This document shows, piece after piece, positions 9,772 to 20,198 of a stretch of DNA of 64,000 nt. Position 1 is the stretch's first letter. Every line of letters starts with the position of its first letter. Source of the stretch: Spirochaetaceae bacterium (lineage in GTDB: Bacteria > Spirochaetota > Spirochaetia > DSM-2461); assembly GCA_051531975.1 (NCBI GenBank), contig JAOPTT010000020.1, forward strand, positions 58,042-122,041. Direction: 5' to 3'. Made by a program: the position numbers and the translations under genes. Under the pieces are notes generated by a model. That model was given only the letters and a program-made list of their open reading frames with translations, was not told the origin of the DNA and did no database searches.

Positions 9772-12700
9772 TGATATTTAATATTAGAGAAGGAGTTTTA
9801 TACTTAATAGTAATCTTCCTTCTCTTTTCCTGTATGGAAACAAAAACAAAATTAACTCTTCCATCAGAAACAATATCCAACTTATCTTTTACAAGTAAAT
9901 CTTTAGACAATATTTCTATAAACAACTACCAGATGGATGATGGATTATCTGCAAATTTATCAACAAAAGTTCTAGTGGATAAAGAAGGATTTGTATGGAT
10001 TGGAACAGAGGATGGTCTTAACCGTTATGATGGAAAATCTTTTAATAAGTATAAAACAGATCCAGATAGAAGTGACAGCTTAAATAATAATCAGATAACA
10101 ACAATTTTTGAAGATTCTAAAGGATACCTATGGATAGGCACATATGGTAGCGGGTTAGAACTATTTGATAAAAACAGCAACCGTTTTAGGCATTTTAAAC
10201 ATGATTCAAACTGGGATAATACTATTGCCGGTGATTATATTGTTTCGGTTAACCAAGATTCAAATGGTTTAATATGGGTAGGCACTGAGGACCATGGTTT
10301 AAGCAGTTACAATATGGATAAAAACCTTTGGAATAATTACACTGCATCATCTGAGAGTGTTTTATCAATTATTGAAGATAGTAAAAAAAGGTTGTGGATT
10401 GGAACAAAGAGTGGTCTAAGTCTATTTAACAGAGAAAAAAACGAATTTCAGAATATTTTAAATGGATATCAAGTAAATGATATAAAATATTATAACAATG
10501 ATTTATGGATTGCTACAGAGAATAATGGTCTATTAAAGTTCAGTACTTTAGATATGCAGATTAAATCCTATTATATAGAAGACAGATCCATAATATCCCT
10601 ATTTATTGATTCCGTAGAACTGTTATGGATAGGAACAGAGAGTGGCATCAAAGTTTTAAACGTTAAGAATGGGGATTTTGTTCCATTAAGATACAATTTT
10701 GATAGTCCTGTTTACTCAATAGACGAAGATATGGCTTCAGGTATTTGGTTATCTTCAAACAGTGGAATATTTAGAATAGAAAGAAGAACCACATCTTTTA
10801 ATAGTTATATGGATTTTAAAAGTATTAGTTGTATCACAAAAGATCACTTAAGTAATATATGGGTAGCAAATAGTTCCGGGGAAATTAATATCTATAATTC
10901 AAAACTAAAAGAATGGAATCTTTGGGATAATCAAATATCAAATAGGGAAATTTTATCACTACATTTTACTAAAGATAGTGATCTCTGGGTTGGAACCGAT
11001 AGAGGATTATTAATGTATTCTAGTTTATCTCATGATTCTAAACCAATTTTCTATCTGGATAATTACATAATAAACAGCATAACAAGTGATGTTGGTGTAG
11101 TGTGGATAGGAACTGAAAATGGACTATTTTATTTTGATAAAGAGATTGACGATTTTATAGAGATTAATCTTGAACATAATAAAGTAAATACAGTTTTTAT
11201 TGACTCTATAGGTAACATTTGGATAGGAACAAAAGGTGGAGGTATCCTATTATATAACAGATCAAAAAAGAGTTTAAAAAAAGTAGTTATAGATTCAAGA
11301 CTAAATAAGAATATGAATAGTAATAACATATTAACTTTCTATGAAGACAGATCTGGGATTATATGGATAGGAACAAGAGGTGGGTTAATCAGGTTTAATA
11401 ACACCACACAGATATTCAAAAGATACAGCGAAAGTAGTGGATTACCTAATAATATTGTAAAGGCAGTTTTAGAAGATGATAAAGGTTATCTCTGGATAAG
11501 CACTAATAAGGGGTTGTCCAAATTTAACCCTAAAAATGAAGAGTTTGTGAACTTTAATAAATTTGATGGTTTAAGCGGAGACATTTATAATGTTAACTCA
11601 GCAATATATAGTGATACAGGTATAATGTTTTTTGGTGCAGAGAGTGGAGTTAGTTCATTTTATCCAGATGATAATTTTAGAAACAGTTACATTCCCAGTA
11701 TCTATTTTACATCTTTTACGCAAAGTGGTATCCCCCTTGTTTTTAATGAAGCGATAGAGAATCTGGAAACTATAACTCTAAAATGGCCAAAAAACTCTAT
11801 TGAGTTTAGTTTTGCAGCTCTAAACTTTTATCAATCGAATCACAATTATTATGCTTATAAACTAGAGGGATACGACAACTTTTGGAACTACACAAACAGT
11901 ATAGGATCAGGGCAGTATTCAAATCTCCCTGGAGGCAGATATAAATTAAGAGTCAAAGGTTCAAATAACGATGGAGTCTGGAATAATACAGGGACATTTA
12001 TTAACCTAATAATTTATCCTGCTTTTTGGAAAACATGGTGGTTTCGAGGACTATTAATAATTTTATTACTATTTCTTATTATATTGATATTTAGGTTAAA
12101 AGTTCAGAGTACCCACAATAAAGCTATAGAACTCGAAAATGAAGTAAAGAAGCAGACTAATAAAAGAGTTTTGATAGAAAATGAACTTGCAGTAATTTCT
12201 GAGAGAACCAGGCTTGCAAGGGATCTGCACGATTCTGTAACTCAAACACTTTTTAGTGCAAATCTGATTTCAGAAGTCCTACCTGAATTATGGAATAAAA
12301 ATCCAAACAAAGCAGCAACTAAGACCAGACTTGTTAATACACTAACTAGTGGAGCATTAGCTGAAATGAGAACACTTTTAAGGGAGTTAAAACCATCTTC
12401 AATCACAGAGGTTCCAATGAGTGATCTGCTAAATCAGTTAATAATTATATCAAAAGCTCAAAGTGGAATTAATATATCTATTAAAACTGAAGAAAATATT
12501 ACACTTAAACCTGATATACAGATTGTTTTTTATAGAGTAGCCCAGGAGGCGTTAAATAATATTGTTAAACACTCTTGTGGTTCAAAAGCTTCAGTAATAT
12601 TTAAAAGTGATAAAAAGGAAACATTTCTGCGAATAGATGATAACGGGTGTGGTTTTGATACTTCAACTATACCACCGGGGCACTTTGGAATCGGTAATAT

Positions 12701-12800
12701 GAAGGGTAGAGCAATGGACGAAGGTATAAGTTTTAAAATAAATAGCAGTGTTGACTGTGGCACAATTATTGAACTTAAGTGGAGAGGGAAGGACATATGA
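9771..12800 (+). CDS. sensor histidine kinase: periplasmic beta-propeller (Reg_prop) + Y_Y_Y + TM + HisKA_3 + HATPase_c
   Basis: Many LWIGT repeats, YAYKLEG..YSNLPGGRY, PAFWKTWWF TM, ERTRLARDLHDSVTQ, QEALNNIVKHS, DDNGCGF. Confidence 0.92.
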   Translation: MIFNIREGVLYLIVIFLLFSCMETKTKLTLPSETISNLSFTSKSLDNISINNYQMDDGLSANLSTKVLVDKEGFVWIGTEDGLNRYDGKSFNKYKTDPDRSDSLNNNQITTIFEDSKGYLWIGTYGSGLELFDKNSNRFRHFKHDSNWDNTIAGDYIVSVNQDSNGLIWVGTEDHGLSSYNMDKNLWNNYTASSESVLSIIEDSKKRLWIGTKSGLSLFNREKNEFQNILNGYQVNDIKYYNNDLWIATENNGLLKFSTLDMQIKSYYIEDRSIISLFIDSVELLWIGTESGIKVLNVKNGDFVPLRYNFDSPVYSIDEDMASGIWLSSNSGIFRIERRTTSFNSYMDFKSISCITKDHLSNIWVANSSGEINIYNSKLKEWNLWDNQISNREILSLHFTKDSDLWVGTDRGLLMYSSLSHDSKPIFYLDNYIINSITSDVGVVWIGTENGLFYFDKEIDDFIEINLEHNKVNTVFIDSIGNIWIGTKGGGILLYNRSKKSLKKVVIDSRLNKNMNSNNILTFYEDRSGIIWIGTRGGLIRFNNTTQIFKRYSESSGLPNNIVKAVLEDDKGYLWISTNKGLSKFNPKNEEFVNFNKFDGLSGDIYNVNSAIYSDTGIMFFGAESGVSSFYPDDNFRNSYIPSIYFTSFTQSGIPLVFNEAIENLETITLKWPKNSIEFSFAALNFYQSNHNYYAYKLEGYDNFWNYTNSIGSGQYSNLPGGRYKLRVKGSNNDGVWNNTGTFINLIIYPAFWKTWWFRGLLIILLLFLIILIFRLKVQSTHNKAIELENEVKKQTNKRVLIENELAVISERTRLARDLHDSVTQTLFSANLISEVLPELWNKNPNKAATKTRLVNTLTSGALAEMRTLLRELKPSSITEVPMSDLLNQLIIISKAQSGINISIKTEENITLKPDIQIVFYRVAQEALNNIVKHSCGSKASVIFKSDKKETFLRIDDNGCGFDTSTIPPGHFGIGNMKGRAMDEGISFKINSSVDCGTIIELKWRGKDI

Positions 12801-13423
12801 TAAAGATATTAATTGTAGATGATCACCAGATGGTGCGTATTGGTTTAGAAACAGCTCTTTCTATCATCGATGATTTTGAGGTCTGTGGAGAGGCCAAAAA
12901 CGGTCAGTTAGCCGTGACATTTTGTGAAAAAAATAGTGTTGATGTTATTTTAATGGATCTGATGATGCCAGTTATGGATGGTATTACTGCAATAAAAAAA
13001 ATAAAAAATGAATATCCCGATATCAGAATTATAGCGCTTACAAGCTTCCCAGAAGATGATCTTGTAGAAAAAGCTATAGAAGCAGGAGCTGATAGTTATC
13101 TTCTAAAAGATGTTACAGTTCATAGATTGGAAGAGGCTATTCGTGCTGCATCCCATGGAGTTCCTACTCTATCGCCTGAAGCCACCCGGGTTTTACTTAA
13201 TAGTAGAAGAGATAGTAACCGTTTAGGAGATGACCTTACCCCCAGAGAGACGGAAGTTCTTAAGATTATGGTCAGTGGCCTAAATAATAGACAAATTGGA
13301 GAAAAACTATTTATTAGCCGTGCAACAGTTTCTGTCCATGTAAGTAAAATTTTAAGCAAACTAAATGTATCCAATAGAGTAGAGGCTGTTACATTGGCAA
13401 TTAGTTTAAAGCTTTTAAAATAA
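12797..13423 (+). CDS. NarL/LuxR-family response regulator
   Basis: ILIVDDH, LMDLMMP, LTPRETEVL..NRQIG HTH; ATGA overlap with the kinase stop favours 12797 over the track start 12779. Confidence 0.93.
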   Translation: MIKILIVDDHQMVRIGLETALSIIDDFEVCGEAKNGQLAVTFCEKNSVDVILMDLMMPVMDGITAIKKIKNEYPDIRIIALTSFPEDDLVEKAIEAGADSYLLKDVTVHRLEEAIRAASHGVPTLSPEATRVLLNSRRDSNRLGDDLTPRETEVLKIMVSGLNNRQIGEKLFISRATVSVHVSKILSKLNVSNRVEAVTLAISLKLLK

Positions 13424-13633
13424 AATCGTCTACCTGTTCTAATAACATAACTTATTACTAATTAGTTATATTACCTAGTTATTTCATATTTTCTCTTCTT
13501 TAATAATCTTAAATTCTAAACTAAACATTTTTTCCTTACTTATTAATTATAAGGAAAAAATAAATGTGTATCAGATTAACATGTTATATAATTAAAAAAT
13601 AACATCTTTAATAAAATTAGGGCGGAGGTATGA

Positions 13634-16600
13634 TTGACCGTAGAAAATAATACCGTACTTATAATGGATGATAATCTCCAAAATATTATTTCTTTATCTA
13701 CAATCTTAAAGGATGAACGTTATAATGTTCAGATAGCTAAAAATGGTTCTCAAGCTATAGATTGTGTAAAAAAAGATCCACCACAACTTATTATAATGGA
13801 TGTTTATATGTCTGTATTGGATGATTTTAATGCATGTCATGAGATAAAAAAATATGAAGAATTTAAATTAATCCCAATAATTTTTATTAGTGCTATGGAT
13901 GACTCTTATAATAAAGTACAGGCTTTTAAAGCGGGGGGAGTTGACTATATTACAACACCATTTCAGATTGAAGAATTATTAATGAGAGTGACAACTCAAA
14001 TTAGTTTATATAATCTACAGTTAAAATTAAAGGATACAAATTTAAAATTAGTCAAAAATTTAAAAAATACTTTTGAACAGTCTGTTGTTGGCATTTTTTA
14101 TGGTAGTCCTGAAGGTAAATTTATAAAAGCTAATAAAAGATTTTTAGATATTACTGGTAATACAGAGCGTGAGCTTCTTGAAATGTATATTATTGATATA
14201 ATTCACGAAGATTTTAAGTCTATTGAAATGTCAAATATAAATAAGCTGCTAAATAAAGAAGTTTCAAAATATGTTCAGGAATTCATAATTAATCATAAAA
14301 GTGGAAACACTATATGGACAAAAATAACAATATCTCTTGTAAGTGATAATTTGGATGAGCCTGATTATATTGTTGGTGTATTGGAAGATATTACCGCCAG
14401 AAAAGAGTCAGAAAGAATTCTTAAAACAAGTGAACGAACTCTTGTACAGGCTCAAAAAATGGCAAAACTTGGTAATTGGGAATTAGATCTCGTGAATAAT
14501 AAGTTATATTGGTCTGAAGAAATTTTTGATATTTTTGGTGTTGATTCCAAAAATTTTGAAGCTACGTATGAGACATTTATAGAGATTATACATCCTGACG
14601 ATAGAGATAAAGTCAATCAGGTATATCAGGAACATCTATCAAATAAAAAACCTTATGATATTGAACATAGAATACAATTAAAAGACGGAACCATTAAATT
14701 TGTCCGTGAGAACTGCGATTCTGATTTTAATTTAGATGGTGAACCTATTAAATCAAGGGGAACAGTCCAAGATATTACTGAAAAAAAAACAGTTGAAGAT
14801 GAGATTCATAAATTAAATTTAGAACTTGAAGATAGAGTTAAACAAAGAACAAATGAAATAAAAATATTATCCCAGGCTGTAGAACAAAGCTCTTCTTCTG
14901 TTGTTATAACAGATAAAAATGGAATAATTATATATGTAAACAAGAACTTTACTGATGTTACAGGATATACATCTCATGAATCTATAGGTAGTAAACCTTC
15001 TATTATTAAATCAGGTGAAATGAATGGCTCATTTTACAAAAAATTGTGGAAAACTATTTTATCTGGAAATACTTGGAAAGATGAAATTTTAAATAAAAAG
15101 AAAAATAATGATCTGTTTTGGGAATTTGTTTCTATCTCACCAATTTTAAATGAAACCAATGATATTATAAGTTTTGTTGCTGTTAAAGAAGATATTACTG
15201 AACGTAAAATACGAGAAAAATCATTAAGGGAGAAAACATTCAGGCTCGCACTTCACACCGATGTATTATTAGATCTAACGAAAGGTCATGAAATAACTGA
15301 TAAAAGTATTGAGAAGGCGTATAAAGTTATAACAGAAGCCTCCGCAAAAGGGTTAAATATAGAACGTTCAAGTATTTGGTTATTTGATGTTAAAAGAGAA
15401 AGTTTAGAATGTTTAGATCTGTATGAATCTTCATTAAATTGTCATTCAAAAGGCTTAATTTTAACAAAATATAATTATCCTGCTTATTTTAAAATTCTTG
15501 AAGAAAAAAGACTCATCTTAGTAAACGATACCAGAATTGAGAATAAAACTTCTGAGTTGAAAAAAAAATATCTAGACCCCTTGAGTATTTTTTCAAAGAT
15601 GGATAGTCCTATTTGGTTAAGAGGTGAAGTTATTGGGATCGTCTGTAATGAGCATATTGGAGATATCCGTACCTGGAAATCTGATGAAAAGTCATTTTCT
15701 AGATCTATTGCAGATTATGTTTCTCTTTCAATAGAAGCATCCGACCGTAGGCAGGCTCAGGACATAGCTGAGACTGCTACAAAATCCAAAAGTGACTTTT
15801 TAGCAAATATGAGTCATGAAATACGAACTCCTATGAATGCAGTTATCGGTTTAACACATTTATTATCTAAAACAGACTTAAATTATAAACAAAATGATTA
15901 TGTAAAAAAAATTGATAGTTCAGGTAGGAGTCTTCTTGGAATAATTAATGATATTCTTGATTTTTCAAAAATTGAAGCAGGAAAGCTTGATATAGTAGAC
16001 ATTGATTTTAGTCTTAATGATCTTCTAGACAGTATTATGAACATCGTAAATATTAAAGCTCAACATAAAGGTCTTAAACTGGAAGTATCTATAGATAATG
16101 GGATTCCAGATAATTTAGTAGGTGATTCAATGAGAATAAGTCAGATACTGATTAATCTTATAAATAATGCAGTTAAGTTTACTAAAAGTGGTAATATTAT
16201 AATAAGTTGTAATATTGTAGAATTGTTAGAAGATAATATCATTCTTAGTTTTACAGTCAGTGATCCAGGAATCGGGATGACAGATGAACACAAAAAAAAC
16301 CTTTTTCACTCCTTTTCCCAAGCTGATACATCTATTACACGTAAATATGGGGGTACTGGACTAGGGCTTGCTATCTCTAAAAAATTAACAGAGATGATGG
16401 GGGGCCGAATTTACTTTGAAAGTGAATATCATAAAGGAAGTAAGTTTTCATTTACAGTTAATTGCAAAAAAAATAAAAAAATAAAACAAGACATAATTAA
16501 ATTTGACCTTAAGGTTTTAGTTGTTGATGATAGTAAAATAATTCAATCGATATTAGAAACTTATTTAGTAAAATTAGGTTGTAATATTACACTTCTTGAT

Positions 16601-17965
16601 AGTGGTGAGGATGCAATTGATTTAGTCAAAAAATCAGAGAATAATCCATTTAATCTGATATTAATGGATTATCATATGCCCGGAATAAATGGATTAAAGG
16701 CAATAGAAGAGATAAAAAAAACAATTAATATTAAAAAAACAAAAATTATTCTAATTACAGGATTTGATGATGAAGATATTAAAAAAGAAGCTGAATTATT
16801 AGAATGTAATGACTTTATTATTAAACCAATAACCAAATCTATGCTTTTTGATTCAATTGTAAATTTATTTGGACCACCATTAGGAAGGTATCTTGTTCAG
16901 AAATCATCTTCTGAGTTATATAAGGAAAAAATACATTCCAAAATACTTTTAGTAGAAGATAATGATATAAACCAGTTAGTTGCAAAAGAAATTCTTGAAG
17001 ATAAAGGGTTGGATGTAGATATTGCCCAAAATGGAAAAATTGCTGTGGATATGGTTAATCAAAATTATTACGACCTTGTTTTTATGGATATACAGATGCC
17101 AGTTATGGATGGTTTTACAGCCACAAATATTATAAGAAGAGATGAGACTAAAAGTTTTCTTCCAATTATAGCTATGACTGCAGATGCAATGACAGGGGTA
17201 AAAGAAGAAGTACTAAATAATGGTATGGACGACTATATCACTAAACCAATAGATCCAGCATTACTATTTATAACTCTGGAGAAGTGGTTAAAAATTAATA
17301 TCGATGACAGAGATCTTAGTTCAAATAATATAGAATCTATATTACCTGTAATTGAGTACATTTCTGTAAAAAAAGGGATAAGTAGAGTAAAAGGAAACAC
17401 AGACGTTTTTATTAAACTTATTAAAAAATTCAGGATTAAATACATCGATGTAATGGACATCATTAAACCATTGTATAACAAAAAAGAATATGAAAAATGT
17501 GAAAAATTAATACATGGGATTAAGGGAGCTGCTGGAAATCTCAGTGCAGAATCACTATATGAGGCAGCTACAAAATTTGATACCGCCTTAACAAAGTGGG
17601 ATAAAAACTCAATACCAATTTATTTCACGGAATTTGAGGATGAACTGCTTAAGGTATTGGAATCAATAGACAGGTATGAATGCCTTAATAAAGAGGAAAC
17701 TGATTATGTTACCCATGATGAAAGTATAGATATAGATAAAGAACTAATAGAATTTCATAAGCTTTTTTTAGAACTAGCAAAAAATCTTAAAGAATATAAC
17801 ATGAAGGCAACAGATATCATGGATGAAATATTGTTAAAGCTTAGGTCAGTGGAAATAAAAGACCAGATTAAAACTATTAGTATTAAAGTTGAAGATTATG
17901 AATTTGATGTTGCTCTTGAACTTCTATCAAAATTTAATATTAAATATGATTTGAATATTGATTAG
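13634..17965 (+). CDS. cytoplasmic hybrid histidine kinase: REC(degenerate)-PAS x3-GAF-HisKA-HATPase-REC-REC-HPt
   Basis: FLANMSHEIRTPMN, NLINNAVKFT, GGTGLGL, two C-terminal receivers, HGIKGAAGNL HPt; TTG start after GGAGG. Confidence 0.92.
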   Translation: MTVENNTVLIMDDNLQNIISLSTILKDERYNVQIAKNGSQAIDCVKKDPPQLIIMDVYMSVLDDFNACHEIKKYEEFKLIPIIFISAMDDSYNKVQAFKAGGVDYITTPFQIEELLMRVTTQISLYNLQLKLKDTNLKLVKNLKNTFEQSVVGIFYGSPEGKFIKANKRFLDITGNTERELLEMYIIDIIHEDFKSIEMSNINKLLNKEVSKYVQEFIINHKSGNTIWTKITISLVSDNLDEPDYIVGVLEDITARKESERILKTSERTLVQAQKMAKLGNWELDLVNNKLYWSEEIFDIFGVDSKNFEATYETFIEIIHPDDRDKVNQVYQEHLSNKKPYDIEHRIQLKDGTIKFVRENCDSDFNLDGEPIKSRGTVQDITEKKTVEDEIHKLNLELEDRVKQRTNEIKILSQAVEQSSSSVVITDKNGIIIYVNKNFTDVTGYTSHESIGSKPSIIKSGEMNGSFYKKLWKTILSGNTWKDEILNKKKNNDLFWEFVSISPILNETNDIISFVAVKEDITERKIREKSLREKTFRLALHTDVLLDLTKGHEITDKSIEKAYKVITEASAKGLNIERSSIWLFDVKRESLECLDLYESSLNCHSKGLILTKYNYPAYFKILEEKRLILVNDTRIENKTSELKKKYLDPLSIFSKMDSPIWLRGEVIGIVCNEHIGDIRTWKSDEKSFSRSIADYVSLSIEASDRRQAQDIAETATKSKSDFLANMSHEIRTPMNAVIGLTHLLSKTDLNYKQNDYVKKIDSSGRSLLGIINDILDFSKIEAGKLDIVDIDFSLNDLLDSIMNIVNIKAQHKGLKLEVSIDNGIPDNLVGDSMRISQILINLINNAVKFTKSGNIIISCNIVELLEDNIILSFTVSDPGIGMTDEHKKNLFHSFSQADTSITRKYGGTGLGLAISKKLTEMMGGRIYFESEYHKGSKFSFTVNCKKNKKIKQDIIKFDLKVLVVDDSKIIQSILETYLVKLGCNITLLDSGEDAIDLVKKSENNPFNLILMDYHMPGINGLKAIEEIKKTINIKKTKIILITGFDDEDIKKEAELLECNDFIIKPITKSMLFDSIVNLFGPPLGRYLVQKSSSELYKEKIHSKILLVEDNDINQLVAKEILEDKGLDVDIAQNGKIAVDMVNQNYYDLVFMDIQMPVMDGFTATNIIRRDETKSFLPIIAMTADAMTGVKEEVLNNGMDDYITKPIDPALLFITLEKWLKINIDDRDLSSNNIESILPVIEYISVKKGISRVKGNTDVFIKLIKKFRIKYIDVMDIIKPLYNKKEYEKCEKLIHGIKGAAGNLSAESLYEAATKFDTALTKWDKNSIPIYFTEFEDELLKVLESIDRYECLNKEETDYVTHDESIDIDKELIEFHKLFLELAKNLKEYNMKATDIMDEILLKLRSVEIKDQIKTISIKVEDYEFDVALELLSKFNIKYDLNID

Positions 17966-17996
17966 TCAACAGTAATAATTAAAATAGGAGTTCTTC

Positions 17997-19022
17997 ATGA
18001 ATACTAACAAACAACAAATACTTATTGTTGATGATATTAATACTAATCTTCAGGTTTTATATAATATCTTAAAAGATGACTATGAAGTCCTCTTTGCAAA
18101 AAATGGGATACAGGCATTAAAAATAATTAATAACAATAGCGTTAAACCTGATCTTATTTTACTCGACGTTATGATGCCTGAAATGGATGGATTTGAAGTT
18201 TGCAGAAAACTTAAGCAGTCATTTTTCACAAAAAATATTCCTATAATTTTTGTATCAGCAAAAGATGAAGATGTTGATGAAGAAACTGGGTTTGGATTGG
18301 GAGCAGTTGATTATATTGCTAAACCGGTCCGTCCAGCTGTTGTCCTGGCAAGGGTAAAGACCCATCTGTTAATAAATGACCAAAAAAAACATCTTGAAGA
18401 TATTGTAAAAGAGAGGACCAATGAACTCGAAAATACCAGATTAAAAATTATACGGAGATTAGCTAAGGCTGGAGAGTTTAAAGATAATGAAACAGGAATG
18501 CATGTTATAAGAATGAGTAAGTACGCTCAACTTTTGGCAAAAAAGATAGGAATGAGTGACGAAGAATCTAAATTACTTTTAAATGTAGCTCCAATGCATG
18601 ATATAGGTAAAATAGGTATCCCGGATCACATTTTATTAAAAAAAGGACCACTGGATGCAGAAGAATGGAATATTATGAAAAAACATGCACAAATAGGGTA
18701 TGACATCTTAGGTGAAGCAGATGCAGATATCATTTCTGAGGCTAAAAATTGTGCAATTACTCACCATGAAAAGTGGGATGGTTCAGGTTATCCTAATGGA
18801 ATAAAAGGTGAAGATATACCTATTTATGGCCGTATTGTGGGTGTTTCTGATGTATTTGATGCTTTAACAAGTGAGAGGCCATATAAAAAAGCGTGGAGTG
18901 TTGAAAAGGCTTTAGAACTTCTAATTCAGGAAAAGGGTAAACATTTTGATCCTGATTTAATTGATAAATTCCTTGAAATCATACCTGAGATTCTAAAAAT
19001 TAAAGAAGAATTTAAAGGCTAG
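17997..19022 (+). CDS. response regulator with HD-GYP cyclic-di-GMP phosphodiesterase domain (RpfG-like)
   Basis: REC LLDVMMP; MHDIGKIG; HHEKWDGSGYP; DVFDALTSERPYK. Confidence 0.93.
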   Translation: MNTNKQQILIVDDINTNLQVLYNILKDDYEVLFAKNGIQALKIINNNSVKPDLILLDVMMPEMDGFEVCRKLKQSFFTKNIPIIFVSAKDEDVDEETGFGLGAVDYIAKPVRPAVVLARVKTHLLINDQKKHLEDIVKERTNELENTRLKIIRRLAKAGEFKDNETGMHVIRMSKYAQLLAKKIGMSDEESKLLLNVAPMHDIGKIGIPDHILLKKGPLDAEEWNIMKKHAQIGYDILGEADADIISEAKNCAITHHEKWDGSGYPNGIKGEDIPIYGRIVGVSDVFDALTSERPYKKAWSVEKALELLIQEKGKHFDPDLIDKFLEIIPEILKIKEEFKG

Positions 19023-19115
19023 AAAATATTCTCTGTATATATAAGATATTACTTACTGGTATAATAATCTGCAAACATCTATAAAACTATTTTTATAACA
19101 TGTAATCTAATATAT

Positions 19116-19640
19116 ATGTTTCTAATTATACCAATTTCCATTCTAATTATGATATTAATAATCTTTTATAGTTTTAAAACAGGAGTTGTTCCTATGCCTT
19201 CATCTTATAATGAGAGGTTATTAGTTTTAAATATTATCTCCAGGTATAAAAACATATCAAATATAACAGAATTAGGTGCCGGTTGGGGAGGTATTGTTAA
19301 TAAACTTTCAGTACGATATCCAGAGCAATACTATACTGCTGTAGAACTTTCTATAATACCCTATTTCGTAGGGAAAGTTTTTACATTTCTTAAGAGACAA
19401 CCAAATATAAACTGGAAACTTCAAAACTTCTTAAATGCACCCTTAGATGATGAAACTATATATATTACATATTTATCAGGACCTATAATGAAGAAGTTAA
19501 GAAGTAGGTTTGAAAAGGATTTACCAAAAGGTACAGTATTAATATCAATTGCTTTTGCTATGCCTGGGTGGACGGCAACAACTGTTGAATATGTAAATAG
19601 TAAAACTTATGCACCTATCTATATTTACGAATTAAAATAG
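19116..19640 (+). CDS. membrane-anchored class I SAM-dependent methyltransferase (FAM173/ATPSCKMT-like)
   Basis: N-terminal TM, VPMPS, ELGAGWGG motif I, AVELS, C-terminal ISIAFAMPGW. Confidence 0.7.
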   Translation: MFLIIPISILIMILIIFYSFKTGVVPMPSSYNERLLVLNIISRYKNISNITELGAGWGGIVNKLSVRYPEQYYTAVELSIIPYFVGKVFTFLKRQPNINWKLQNFLNAPLDDETIYITYLSGPIMKKLRSRFEKDLPKGTVLISIAFAMPGWTATTVEYVNSKTYAPIYIYELK

Positions 19641-19710
19641 GTTTTTACTTTGACCTACAGAATTATGAATAAAACATTTAATTTAAATGATAATTATTAC
19701 TGTTAATTTC

Positions 19711-19739
19711 TTGACTTTATCTCTACATGGAGATACTTT
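19711..19739 (+). promoter_or_regulatory. sigma70 promoter with overlapping MhqR-type palindromic operator (19718-19735)
   Basis: TTGACT-N17-TACTTT; TATCTC-TACATG-GAGATA lies between the boxes; ATG follows 6 nt after the -10. Confidence 0.75.
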
Positions 19740-19745
19740 GTAGGT

Positions 19746-20198
19746 ATGGATAGTAACAAAGTAGATGAAACTAACGTTAATTTAAAGTTAATAATATCAA
19801 TTACAAAGTTAATGAAGTCTGTAGAATTAGGTATAACACCCCAGATTTTATCAGAAGGTTTATCACAAACACAATTTATTGTTTTGGAAGCCTTATTACA
19901 TAAAGGTCCACTAACAGTTAATGAAATTATTGAAAAGGCATTTTCGTCTAGTGGTAATATTGGTTTAGTAATAAAAAACTTAGAAAAATTAGAATTAGTA
20001 AAAAAACAAGTATCAGAAATCGATAAAAGAAGTAGAACTATTATTTTAACAGAAAAAGGAAGAGATGTTATTAGTAACTTTTTCCCAAAACATGTAAAAA
20101 CTCTGAATCATCTTTTAAGTGGAATTAACAAAGAAGAAAAAATTGAATTATCAGGTTTAATGAAAAAGATAAGTCTATCCATAGGAGAGAAATTATGA
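19746..20198 (+). CDS. MarR-family regulator, MhqR-like
   Basis: LSQTQFIVLEALLHKGPL..SSGNIGLVIKNLEK..DKRS..LTEKG. Confidence 0.88.
   Translation: MDSNKVDETNVNLKLIISITKLMKSVELGITPQILSEGLSQTQFIVLEALLHKGPLTVNEIIEKAFSSSGNIGLVIKNLEKLELVKKQVSEIDKRSRTIILTEKGRDVISNFFPKHVKTLNHLLSGINKEEKIELSGLMKKISLSIGEKL

Noticed and set aside
13624..13650. ATG ATT GAC CGT AGA AAA TAA mini-ORF overlapping the kinase start
   Set aside because: The ATG is only 1 nt from GGAGG; the TTG at 13634 has the usable spacing
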